Positions 37,528-46,653 of a stretch of 64,000 bases of DNA are shown here, piece by piece. Source of the stretch: an uncultured virus (IMG/VR IMGVR_UViG_3300042304_001388) (Duplodnaviria; Heunggongvirae; Uroviricota; Caudoviricetes); the IMG/VR virus record IMGVR_UViG_3300042304_001388. One strand, 5' to 3'. Within the stretch, counting starts at the first letter, position 1; every line of letters starts with the position of its first letter. A program made the translations under genes and the position numbers. The notes under the pieces are model-generated. The model made no database searches. It saw only the letters and a program-made list of their open reading frames with translations, and had not been told where the DNA came from.

Positions 37528-37668
37528 TCATCTTTTCTTTTTAAATAGATCTGATAGTTTATTACCTGGTTTAGTTATTCTACCGTCGTCATCCATCATA
37601 GGTGCGGTGTACATTTCATATACCATCCAAAGGGTGGTTCCAACAATACCAATTATAAAATAGATCAT
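37528..37668 (-). CDS. small membrane protein (46 aa)
   Basis: Hand-translated MIYFIIGIVGTTLWMVYEMYTAP... Confidence 0.45.
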   Translation of the reverse strand: MIYFIIGIVGTTLWMVYEMYTAPMMDDDGRITKPGNKLSDLFKKKR

Positions 37669-37973
37669 ATACTTAAAGTTTTACTTTTCCAAAATTGGTA
37701 CCATTTTCTTTGGGGTGTTGGTAAACATTGGGAGAATGGATTATCTCCAAATGAAACTCTACCTAAATATTTCGCTGACATCATGTTTAAAAATACTTCA
37801 TGATATTCTTGGGGTATTGTGTTAAAATCCGCTGATATTTCAACATTCAAACTTATTGCTCCGTTTTCGGGTGTGGTTAAATGTAATGTTTGGTATGTAT
37901 TAACATATTGAGATGATTTCATCTCCATGTTATTTCCACCACCTAAAAATATTTCAGTTTCTTTATTTTTCAT
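37665..37973 (-). CDS. hypothetical protein
   Basis: ORF in operon; ends RKWYQFWK. Confidence 0.6.
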   Translation of the reverse strand: MKNKETEIFLGGGNNMEMKSSQYVNTYQTLHLTTPENGAISLNVEISADFNTIPQEYHEVFLNMMSAKYLGRVSFGDNPFSQCLPTPQRKWYQFWKSKTLSI

Positions 37974-38259
37974 ATGATAATCCTTCCGTATTTTTTAAAA
38001 CTTTATTCACTACTTTGGGGGTTTCTTGTTGCATTTCATAAACCGCCATTTCATATTTACCAATTTGATCATCTTTAAATTCACATTCTTGTTTCAAAGA
38101 ATCAATTACTTGATTGGAGTATTTCACACTGTCAATTAATATTTGTCTTTCGGCCGTCACGGTTCTATTAATAACCGAAGCTGATGCTAATGTAATTAAC
38201 GCAAATAAAACTAGTGATAATCTTAACCACCAATTTTCTGATTTATTTACTATTCCCAT
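37963..38259 (-). CDS. membrane-anchored coiled-coil protein
   Basis: N-terminal hydrophobic helix. Confidence 0.6.
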   Translation of the reverse strand: MGIVNKSENWWLRLSLVLFALITLASASVINRTVTAERQILIDSVKYSNQVIDSLKQECEFKDDQIGKYEMAVYEMQQETPKVVNKVLKNTEGLSYEK

Positions 38260-38262
38260 ATT

Positions 38263-38499
38263 TTATTTTTGTATTTCTATCATTTTACCCGTTATTTGTT
38301 CTTCTGTCAATTCCATAATAACAGTTGTACCAACCACTTCGTCGTTAAACAATTCAGCCGCTTCATACAAGTTATTATCGCCTATATGTATATGACCTTG
38401 GACAACACTTATTCCTCTCCCATTATTAAATTGTAATCTTGCGATTCTACCATAACCCGCAGGGTGTGGTATAAATTCTAAATCTTTAAATGTTTTCAT
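38263..38499 (-). CDS. conserved phage hypothetical protein
   Basis: MKTFKDLEF...FNNGRGISVV...LYE. Confidence 0.65.
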   Translation of the reverse strand: MKTFKDLEFIPHPAGYGRIARLQFNNGRGISVVQGHIHIGDNNLYEAAELFNDEVVGTTVIMELTEEQITGKMIEIQK

Positions 38500-38501
38500 A
38501 A

Positions 38502-38666
38502 TTAAAATATTTCTTCAGCAATTCCAAGTGCTTCGGCTATGATTAGTAATCCTCCCGCATCCACCAAAGATCCGTCAACTAAAGCAACACCCGCACAAAT
38601 TCTAAAAAAAGATTTAACTAAACTTATCCAAAAGTGTGTACTGGTTTTTGATTCTTTTTCTTGCAT
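38502..38666 (-). CDS. small membrane protein (54 aa)
   Basis: Hand-translated ...HFWISLVKS..RI...AEALGIAEEIF; TATATTTG at 38683-38690. Confidence 0.55.
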   Translation of the reverse strand: MQEKESKTSTHFWISLVKSFFRICAGVALVDGSLVDAGGLLIIAEALGIAEEIF

Positions 38667-38732
38667 ATCATTACTGTTTATACAAATATATCAAAATATT
38701 TTTGAAATAAAAAATGGATGTGGATAAAAGTA

Positions 38733-40148
38733 CTAACTTATTGATTGTGAGTTAGTTAGAAAATCATATTTCTCTTTTTTCCATTCTACCGTTGGATGTT
38801 TCTTAAATCTTTCTGTCAAGATATTTGTTGGGTCTTCAAATATTTTAATAACAGGAGTATTAGCTTTACCATATGATTGTATTAAACTACCCTTTCTATA
38901 TTGTAAATTAATTCTCTTTCTCTTATGTTGTAATGAAACAAATATATAAACAGCACCATGTGCAAATTGTTTGGACATACAGTTCTTCATATTAAATCCC
39001 TCTATCCTAAAATCATCTTCAGTAAGTAATATCTTTGGTTTGAATGTCTCGTCTTCAATTACAATGTCTTCTTCTATTTCTTTTATGAAGTCTTCGGGTA
39101 AAAGGTATTTTACTTTATATCCACGTGCAAAATGTAATTTTAACCCTGACCACATCTCCATTACATTATCAAACTCAACATCGTTCTTTGCCTTGAACTT
39201 GAGGTTCACCCCTCTTTGTTCTAACAGATCCCTAATTGAGAATAGTTTATTTAATGTGTAAATTAATGAGTCGGTCTTGATTGTGTCTATCTCCCAATCA
39301 TTGATGACTTTAACTAAAAAGTCTTTTTCAGATTCATTCTTTAAGTAATGTAATTTCTTGTTAGGTGGTGTATCATAGCAATGTACCTCCCAAATAAATT
39401 TCTTTAAATATTCAATATGATTGTCACCAAATAATTTACAAAAGTAATTTAAAGTACTGATTTGAATCTGTCTAACGTTCTGACTTAATTCTTTTATTAG
39501 ATATTTTGATTTAATACCGTAATGATCTAAAACTGCCGGTAAAAATTTATAATCATTTTTTTCTAACCATTTCTTTTTAGGATAATCATTTTGAATATCA
39601 TAATATACCGCATTGTGTCCTTTAATACCTTTTATATCTAAATGATAATCAACTAACATATCATAGATAGTATTGTAAAAAGGTTTTAATTTATAGTTCT
39701 TATCTTTAAGAAATTGTGATTTAAATTTTGGTTGTATTTGTTGGATAAAGATGTCACATATTTTATCAACTGATCTCTCATATTTGACCCCCCAATAACC
39801 TCTACGTTTTTCTCCACGAGCAATACCATTTTCAACTAAATCAAACAACAGTTTAAAATCATTCTTTTTGTTTTGATCTGTACTTCTAAATATTTTTTCA
39901 TCGATATTTACATTATTTTTAATCTCATACTTTACAGAAATATCACCTGTTATTAGATTAACAATTAAATTGTGTTCAAAGGTTACATGTCTTGGTGTGC
40001 CATATCTATCATAATCAAAATCAAAAATACCTTCATACGTCAGTTCATCATTGTGTTTGTGTAATCTAATTAAACATTCACTAATTGATTCATCTCTCTT
40101 TCTATTCTTATCCTTTTTTTGTTGGGAGTACGAAAATAATAAATCCAT
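38733..40148 (-). CDS. PcfJ-like domain protein
   Basis: C-terminal EGFNMKNCM...QSYGKAN; middle region paralogous to 40184. Confidence 0.65.
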   Translation of the reverse strand: MDLLFSYSQQKKDKNRKRDESISECLIRLHKHNDELTYEGIFDFDYDRYGTPRHVTFEHNLIVNLITGDISVKYEIKNNVNIDEKIFRSTDQNKKNDFKLLFDLVENGIARGEKRRGYWGVKYERSVDKICDIFIQQIQPKFKSQFLKDKNYKLKPFYNTIYDMLVDYHLDIKGIKGHNAVYYDIQNDYPKKKWLEKNDYKFLPAVLDHYGIKSKYLIKELSQNVRQIQISTLNYFCKLFGDNHIEYLKKFIWEVHCYDTPPNKKLHYLKNESEKDFLVKVINDWEIDTIKTDSLIYTLNKLFSIRDLLEQRGVNLKFKAKNDVEFDNVMEMWSGLKLHFARGYKVKYLLPEDFIKEIEEDIVIEDETFKPKILLTEDDFRIEGFNMKNCMSKQFAHGAVYIFVSLQHKRKRINLQYRKGSLIQSYGKANTPVIKIFEDPTNILTERFKKHPTVEWKKEKYDFLTNSQSIS

Positions 40149-40183
40149 ATAGTAATATATATGGATTAAATGAAAATGTGTAG

Positions 40184-42106
40184 TTAAAATGGTAACGGTT
40201 CCGCGTCGTCTAAATTTAAAATATCTATTAATCTTCTTGGTTCTCTCATTTCTGGCGCAATTTCAACTCCATTTATCATAACAGGTACTCTATCCTTCTT
40301 TAACCAGTTGAGTGTTCCAAATCTCGCATGCATTCTAATCAAATCACTTACATCATCTATTGCATTTTGATAATGTTTTGGTGGTTGTGCGTTTGAAAAA
40401 TATTTTGATTGTACCATTCTTCCGTCTGATATTTTAAACTCACACGTAACTCTATCTTGTTTATCTTCGGTCCTAAATGATACAATGATTGATGTGTCTG
40501 TCTCCGCATATGATGCAACACAGTGATGCATAAACCTACCTTCTTCAACGTATTCCTCTTCTCTTGTTAGAACATATGGATGTATCATTATCTCACCATC
40601 ACTTACTGTGGTGATAAGTTCTTTAATACCATTACTACTGTGTTTCCACAACTCACTTTTTTTCTCACAACTAATCGGTTGTTGAATTTGTCTCACCGTT
40701 TCTTCGGGATAAAAATATTGAATGACCCAACCCTTTTTAATTGCTGATATCATTCTAGATAATTCATTATGTTCACTATGAAACTTAACTCTAGTATTTG
40801 CTCTCATTCTAATATTAGGATCATACTCTCTTATTTTACTCAACATCCTAAAATGATCCATCACTAACCCCATAAAATTTTCATCCACAGATATTCCTTT
40901 TTCTGTTTCACTTGTTAACACCGATAATAAATTTTCTTTTTCAATATCAGTTATATTATATCCGTGATTTTTAATTCTGTCACGTATATTTTCCATATTT
41001 TTCAATGATGATGCACCTATTAAATGTCCCTTATCTGATGTTGTTCCAAATAAATCTTTATTTATGGAACCAATATATTTTTGGTAGTTGTCACCGAACA
41101 AATAACATAACATATATAAAGAACCTAAATCAATATTAGGTTTCTCGTGTAATAGTTTTATTGTTACTTTAGATTTTATTTGATAAACATCTAACACTGA
41201 CGCGATTAATTTTCTATCGTTTTTCTTTAAGTATTTTTCTGTTGGGTAATAATGAACTAATAGTTTTTTATAGTCGTTTGGTATCTTTATTTTCTTGGTA
41301 TTAATAAACCATCTCATAACCTCTTCATAAAAAAAAGTTTTAAAAAATGACCCATCTGTTGTGAAATTAATGTTAAACACCTTACTCAATACGTCGTTAA
41401 ATTCTTTATCTTTAAAATTATTTTTTAATTCTTTATACAATGGATTATTTTTACCCATATGATTTCTTAAAAACTTAAATGGTCCATCACTACTATCTAA
41501 AAAATTGTCAAGTTGTTGAAACCCGTTCTTTCTAAATCGAGGTGTGGTTTTGGTTTTTCCATGTTTACCACTATCAACAAATAAAAAATCCCCTTTAACC
41601 ATATCAAAAGTAACTGATGTGGTGTATTTGTTTGTTTTAAAATACTTACAGTTAAATCCTCTGAATTTTGTGAATTTGTTTGTTTTAATTGTAACCTTAT
41701 CTCCTTTTTTTATTATTGACCTTTCTAATATGTGAACTGATATTTCACTAAGGGGTTCGTTATAGTATTTCTTAATGTGTCTATCCTTTGTAGTATAAAA
41801 CTCCCCCGGTGTTCCATTTAGTTTATGGGTGGAAGCATACATAATAATCGGAGCATTTTTATATTCATCGTCCCAATAAAAAAATCTTGTTTTTTTCTTT
41901 TTGATTTCATCTGTTAGTGGTGATATTGGAACTCCACTACCCCCATCATAATATTCAGTGGTCGTACTACCACCATACTTGTCTTCATATGACACTTGTT
42001 TATGTATACCACTATGTGATGTGTCCACTCTTGGGAACTTAGAATAGTTCTTAAATGGGGTAATTCTCGCGTAAGTATATGTTTGGTAGAGTAATATTTC
42101 CTCCAT
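40184..42106 (-). CDS. PcfJ-like domain protein
   Basis: EEGRFMHHCVASY...RVTCEF...QSKYFSN. Confidence 0.7.
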   Translation of the reverse strand: MEEILLYQTYTYARITPFKNYSKFPRVDTSHSGIHKQVSYEDKYGGSTTTEYYDGGSGVPISPLTDEIKKKKTRFFYWDDEYKNAPIIMYASTHKLNGTPGEFYTTKDRHIKKYYNEPLSEISVHILERSIIKKGDKVTIKTNKFTKFRGFNCKYFKTNKYTTSVTFDMVKGDFLFVDSGKHGKTKTTPRFRKNGFQQLDNFLDSSDGPFKFLRNHMGKNNPLYKELKNNFKDKEFNDVLSKVFNINFTTDGSFFKTFFYEEVMRWFINTKKIKIPNDYKKLLVHYYPTEKYLKKNDRKLIASVLDVYQIKSKVTIKLLHEKPNIDLGSLYMLCYLFGDNYQKYIGSINKDLFGTTSDKGHLIGASSLKNMENIRDRIKNHGYNITDIEKENLLSVLTSETEKGISVDENFMGLVMDHFRMLSKIREYDPNIRMRANTRVKFHSEHNELSRMISAIKKGWVIQYFYPEETVRQIQQPISCEKKSELWKHSSNGIKELITTVSDGEIMIHPYVLTREEEYVEEGRFMHHCVASYAETDTSIIVSFRTEDKQDRVTCEFKISDGRMVQSKYFSNAQPPKHYQNAIDDVSDLIRMHARFGTLNWLKKDRVPVMINGVEIAPEMREPRRLIDILNLDDAEPLPF

Positions 42107-42177
42107 AAAGTAAGTTTAGGTATCAAATATACGAAAAAAGTTAGAATATACGCCTATTTATTAAAAAACACACAATT

Positions 42178-42303
42178 ATGGCGAAAGGAAAAAGTGCTAG
42201 CAACAACAAAGTCTCTTTTGGTAAGAGAAAGAGAGGTTCAGCAACAAAAACTCACAACAAACACGATAGAACTGAAAAGAACTACCGTGGACAAGGAAGA
42301 TAA
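42178..42303 (+). CDS. small basic protein (41 aa, ends YRGQGR)
   Basis: Hand-translated MAKGKSASNNK...; TATTTAT at 42155-42161; terminator downstream. Confidence 0.65.
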   Translation: MAKGKSASNNKVSFGKRKRGSATKTHNKHDRTEKNYRGQGR

Positions 42304-42314
42304 TAATTCCTTAT

Positions 42315-42352
42315 AAAACCCTGACAATCAACAACTAACGTCAGGGTTTTTT
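42315..42352. terminator. bidirectional intrinsic terminator between convergent genes
   Basis: AAAACCCTGAC...GTCAGGGTTTT. Confidence 0.75.
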
Positions 42353-42374
42353 AATATAATTCAATTTTCATTTA

Positions 42375-42557
42375 TTATGATGGTCTTTTTGTGGTTATAA
42401 AAACCTCCATTGGGATATCAATTTCAGGTACTTCTGGTGTTACATATATTTCTAAACCAACACATTCGCCGTCATTATAAAGGGGATGTAAACTAAAATG
42501 TTCTATATCATACCCTAATGTTTTTTCTATCTGTTCTTTTTTAATCTCTATTTTCAT
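42375..42557 (-). CDS. hypothetical protein
   Basis: ORF in operon. Confidence 0.55.
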   Translation of the reverse strand: MKIEIKKEQIEKTLGYDIEHFSLHPLYNDGECVGLEIYVTPEVPEIDIPMEVFITTKRPS

Positions 42558-42741
42558 TAATTTTCTGTATTTGAAATCCTATCATGTAGGTTAACCATCT
42601 TATTGTTAAACCCCACGAAGGTGAAGTTTTACCATCATCATAATAAGATTCTTTATCATAATAAAATATGACGGCAGGGATAATATACCAATGATGTTTC
42701 TTATTGTAAATAAAAAAATCTTTATAATAATTCTTTAACAT
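42541..42741 (-). CDS. hypothetical protein
   Basis: ORF in operon. Confidence 0.55.
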   Translation of the reverse strand: MLKNYYKDFFIYNKKHHWYIIPAVIFYYDKESYYDDGKTSPSWGLTIRWLTYMIGFQIQKINENRD

Positions 42742-42745
42742 AAAA

Positions 42746-43312
42746 TTAAATTGATTCGTATTCTATATCACCATAATCATAATATTCACTATCATCATTA
42801 TGTTTTATACCTACTTGGTCTTCGTCCTGTTCTAACATTTTGATAGCTTCACACGCACTTATCGCCGTTACGGTGTATGTCCACGATTCGGTTAATGATC
42901 TTTCGGCCTTAATTTCCCATTCTTGTTCTTCAGCATCTTCGTCATCATCGCAATTATCAGTATCAACAACAACTTTTTCTTTCACTAGTGGTCTTTGGAA
43001 TGTATCAATTGCTTTCATTAATTCATTTCTTAATTCAATTAATTTTTTCAATTCTGTTATTGAAAAATCAACACTAATGATACTACCATTAAATCTAATA
43101 TCAACTTTATCTCCGTAATCGTATATACTATAATCACCCAATACCCCAAAATCAATTTCACTTTCCTTTGGGGTCATATAATTTATTGACCATTCATCAG
43201 GATTTGTATCCTTCATTTCTTTATATTCAGCCTCCAAATTTTTTAATTCGAGAACCGCAGTGGAATATCTTTTCTCAAATTCCTTCTGCCATTTTTTTGT
43301 AAACTTTGACAT
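42746..43312 (-). CDS. acidic hypothetical protein
   Basis: 188-aa ORF. Confidence 0.7.
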   Translation of the reverse strand: MSKFTKKWQKEFEKRYSTAVLELKNLEAEYKEMKDTNPDEWSINYMTPKESEIDFGVLGDYSIYDYGDKVDIRFNGSIISVDFSITELKKLIELRNELMKAIDTFQRPLVKEKVVVDTDNCDDDEDAEEQEWEIKAERSLTESWTYTVTAISACEAIKMLEQDEDQVGIKHNDDSEYYDYGDIEYESI

Positions 43313-43431
43313 ATTATTTCTTTTTAGGTTTTCTAATGTAATCTAATACTAAATTGAATGAACCGAGGCTAATCACCCCCCATCCAAAGTATTTTACCAA
43401 TTCAGGATTCGCACCTTTAAGTCCGTATTTC

Positions 43432-43683
43432 TCAACCAATATCCCCGTTAGTATCATCATTATGTAGATGATCTCTTTGATTTTTATTTGCATCGTCTTT
43501 TAATTTTTTTAAACATTTATAAATAAAATACGTTTCTTGCACCGTATATAAATTATTATGATGACCATATTCAAAAGCCTTTTCAATAATTGAAAGTGCG
43601 TTTTTTTCATTGATGTCTTTAACAAATTCATCAAAGTCATTTTCCGTATTAAATTCTATTAAACCTCCGAATATACTTTCCAT
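43432..43683 (-). CDS. hypothetical protein
   Basis: ORF with upstream AT box. Confidence 0.6.
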   Translation of the reverse strand: MESIFGGLIEFNTENDFDEFVKDINEKNALSIIEKAFEYGHHNNLYTVQETYFIYKCLKKLKDDANKNQRDHLHNDDTNGDIG

Positions 43684-43730
43684 AGTTTAAATATAATGAT
43701 ATATTTTTATAATTCCAAATAATTATAGAT

Positions 43731-44096
43731 ATGTCAGTTCACATTAATAACAAAACATTCGCCGCCGAATACTTATCCACACCTGAGGATATTGAAAGAG
43801 GTATGATGGGTAGAGAAGAATTAAACGGTTGTATGGTATTCAAAATGGGTAGAGGTCATCATTCGTTTTGGATGAAGAACTGTTTAATCCCATTAGATAT
43901 CGTTTTTATCCTCAATAAACACATCAGTCATATTCATCGTAATTGTCCCGTTGAAGATCCTCATCGTATGACCTTACCCCGTTACACAGGTATTGGTGAC
44001 CATGTCATCGAATTTCCCGCCGGTTCCACCGATGGATGGAAAATTGGTGACAAAGTTGCTATGTATTTGGGATCTCCTCAGAATCCAGTTCAATAA
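43731..44096 (+). CDS. DUF192 family protein
   Basis: RGMMGR...FWMKNCLIPLDIVF...VIEFPAG. Confidence 0.88.
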   Translation: MSVHINNKTFAAEYLSTPEDIERGMMGREELNGCMVFKMGRGHHSFWMKNCLIPLDIVFILNKHISHIHRNCPVEDPHRMTLPRYTGIGDHVIEFPAGSTDGWKIGDKVAMYLGSPQNPVQ

Positions 44097-44748
44097 GTGG
44101 AGTTAGAAAATTATACTTAACCCTTGGTTTCACTTTCTCAAACACCCAATAATAACTGTGATATTTCCTTGCATGTTCTTGCTTAGTCCATTTAGTTCCG
44201 AAACTGTTGATCCTCACCTTGTTATGAAGAATAAACATATCTCTTGGATAAAACCCAATCTCCATTGCCATATTCATAATAAGACAATGTGTAAAGTGAT
44301 TCTTACCCCCTGACACGGTATCCTGACATTTCATTACAACATACCCACCTTTCTGACACACTCTATATAATTCCTTTAATGTATTGTAATAATTTTCAGT
44401 TAATTCTTTATAGTTGGTATAACCCTCAAATCTTTTCGCAATGATTGAACTACCCTCTTTATTGTTCTTATAAGATGCTCCCGCCACAACGAATGGAGGA
44501 TCGTACATAATGGTTCTCATTGACCCATCCTCAAACGGTAGATTCTCAGAATTGGCCTCAACTACTGTATCGTTTGCTGGTATCAAATCTGTCTTATAAA
44601 CGGGTCCAGGTAGATCTTTCCAAAAACTACCCTTAGAATATGTACAGTCTAAATCAAACCTTTCTATGTTATAGAGGTGCATTATGTTTGTAATTGCGTC
44701 GTAGTTTGAGGTGTAGACACTTTTCACCATTTTAAAGTCCTTATCCAT
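44059..44748 (-). CDS. putative DNA (adenine) methyltransferase
   Basis: DLDCTYSKGSFW SAM-binding-like motif then YDPPF; ELYRV..KGG...KCQD. Confidence 0.65.
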   Translation of the reverse strand: MDKDFKMVKSVYTSNYDAITNIMHLYNIERFDLDCTYSKGSFWKDLPGPVYKTDLIPANDTVVEANSENLPFEDGSMRTIMYDPPFVVAGASYKNNKEGSSIIAKRFEGYTNYKELTENYYNTLKELYRVCQKGGYVVMKCQDTVSGGKNHFTHCLIMNMAMEIGFYPRDMFILHNKVRINSFGTKWTKQEHARKYHSYYWVFEKVKPRVKYNFLTPLIELDSEEIPNT

Positions 44749-44831
44749 TGATATTTAAATTTATTTTTTGTATTATTAAAATATAAGAAATAAAAACAAT
44801 AAACCAAAATATTTATAAAAAAAGAAATACT

Positions 44832-45002
44832 ATGGGATGTGGATGCAAAAAAAGTAAAAACACGGAGGTTGTAAATCAACCAACGGAAATTAAGGTTAGT
44901 TTAGACGAAGCTCAGATTACTAACCAAACTCCAACGTTGACTGAAGAACAACAAAAAACAGTTGACGCGATTGTTGCGAAATTAAATCAACTTAATTCGT
45001 AA
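44832..45002 (+). CDS. small MGCGCKK protein (56 aa)
   Basis: Hand-translated; TATTTAT at 44810-44816. Confidence 0.6.
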   Translation: MGCGCKKSKNTEVVNQPTEIKVSLDEAQITNQTPTLTEEQQKTVDAIVAKLNQLNS

Positions 45003-45092
45003 TATCCTCAACATTAATGATAATCAAAAATATCGTCTTAATCGATGATATTTTTTTGGTTATCTAATATATCAATAAATATATATTTGAAT

Positions 45093-45290
45093 ATGAAAGT
45101 AGAAAAAAAATTAACGAGTGTCCATGTATTGGAAGACGTTTACAGAAAATTTAAAATAAATGCAATTGATGGTAATATTAATTTACAAAAGTTAGTTAAT
45201 CGTACTTTAGATCTTTATGTTAAAGATGATGTGTTTAGAAATAAAATAAATAACTACACAGATTTATCTGTGAGTGGATCAAAATATTAA
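45093..45290 (+). CDS. ribbon-helix-helix-like small protein
   Basis: LTSVHV...YRKFK...LQKLVNRTLDLY. Confidence 0.5.
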   Translation: MKVEKKLTSVHVLEDVYRKFKINAIDGNINLQKLVNRTLDLYVKDDVFRNKINNYTDLSVSGSKY

Positions 45291-45291
45291 T

Positions 45292-46653
45292 ATGGGTAAA
45301 CCAAGAATACTATTACTGTCAGATGATTTACGAATGACTTCAGGTATTTCCACAATGTCTAGAGAATTTGTAATGGGTACTTTGGATAGATTTAATTGGG
45401 TTCAATTGGGTGCTGGAATTAATCATCATGAAGCTGGTAAATTTGTTGACGTTAACGAAGATGCTAGACAAAAGACAGGAGTTAAAGATGCTGAATTAAA
45501 AATTATACCATATAATTCATATGGTGATATTGTAATGTTAAGAAAGATATTATCAGAAATGAAAATAGATGCTATCTTACATTTTACTGACCCCCATTAT
45601 TGGCAATGGTTATATGACTCCGAACATGAAATAAGACAACAAGTCCCAATTTTATATTATCATATATGGGACAATTTACCTGACCCAATGTACAATAAAG
45701 ATTACTACGAAAGTTGTGATTGGTTAGGATGTATATCCAAATTAACTTATGGTATTGTTAATCGTGTTGGTAAAATGGAAGATGAGTTTCGTAAACCATT
45801 ACAAGATTGGCAAATTAGTTATGTTCCTCATGGTATCAATCAAGATACATTTAAACCGTTGGAGGATAAAGAATTGATTGACGTTAAAAAAGGTTTGTTT
45901 GGTGATAAAGAATATGACTTTGTTTTATTTTTTAACAGTAGAAATATTCGTAGAAAACAACCTTCAGATGTTATTGAGTCATTTAAATTATTTTGTGATA
46001 AGTTAACCAAAGAACAATCAGATAAATGTGTTTTAGTTATGCATACAACTCCGATTGATAACAATGGTACAGATCTATATGCGGTTAGGGATAAAATATG
46101 TCCTAATTATGATGTGGTTTTCTCAACTAATAAAATTGAAAGTGATGTGTTAAATAAACTCTATAATATTGCTGACTGTACGATTAACATTGCAAACAAT
46201 GAGGGATTTGGTTTAGGTACCGCTGAGAGTATTATGGCTGGTACACCGATTATTGTTAGTGTAACGGGTGGTTTACAAGATCAATGTGGGTTTAATTATA
46301 CTGCGGATGATTACGTCAATATTAAAACTTTACACAATAAACAAATTCATAAAGATACACCTTATGGTGTGTGGGTTAAACCAATATGGCCTTCCGCAAT
46401 TAACATTAATGGATCCCCATTAACACCTTACATTTATGATGATAGAGTTAATGATGAAGAAGTTGCTGATGCTATTACTGAAATGTATTTGTTAGGTAAA
46501 GAAAAAAGAAAAGAGAATGGTCAAGTGGGAAGAGAGTGGGCAATCAATAACTTATCGTCAAAAGTTATGTGTGATGCTATGAGTGAAGGAATACAAAAAA
46601 CAATAAAGAATTTTACACCACGTGAAAGATTTAATTTATATAAAGTAATTTAA
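45292..46653 (+). CDS. glycosyltransferase family 4 (GT-B)
   Basis: VPHGI, SRNIRRK, NEGFGLGTAESIMAGTPII. Confidence 0.88.
   Translation: MGKPRILLLSDDLRMTSGISTMSREFVMGTLDRFNWVQLGAGINHHEAGKFVDVNEDARQKTGVKDAELKIIPYNSYGDIVMLRKILSEMKIDAILHFTDPHYWQWLYDSEHEIRQQVPILYYHIWDNLPDPMYNKDYYESCDWLGCISKLTYGIVNRVGKMEDEFRKPLQDWQISYVPHGINQDTFKPLEDKELIDVKKGLFGDKEYDFVLFFNSRNIRRKQPSDVIESFKLFCDKLTKEQSDKCVLVMHTTPIDNNGTDLYAVRDKICPNYDVVFSTNKIESDVLNKLYNIADCTINIANNEGFGLGTAESIMAGTPIIVSVTGGLQDQCGFNYTADDYVNIKTLHNKQIHKDTPYGVWVKPIWPSAININGSPLTPYIYDDRVNDEEVADAITEMYLLGKEKRKENGQVGREWAINNLSSKVMCDAMSEGIQKTIKNFTPRERFNLYKVI

Noticed and set aside
38263..38499. MKTFKDL (and MKTFRK at 6528, MKFNK at 29317) as FKF-tag members
   Set aside because: They lack the second aromatic pair; MKTFK starts are common in AT-rich phages.
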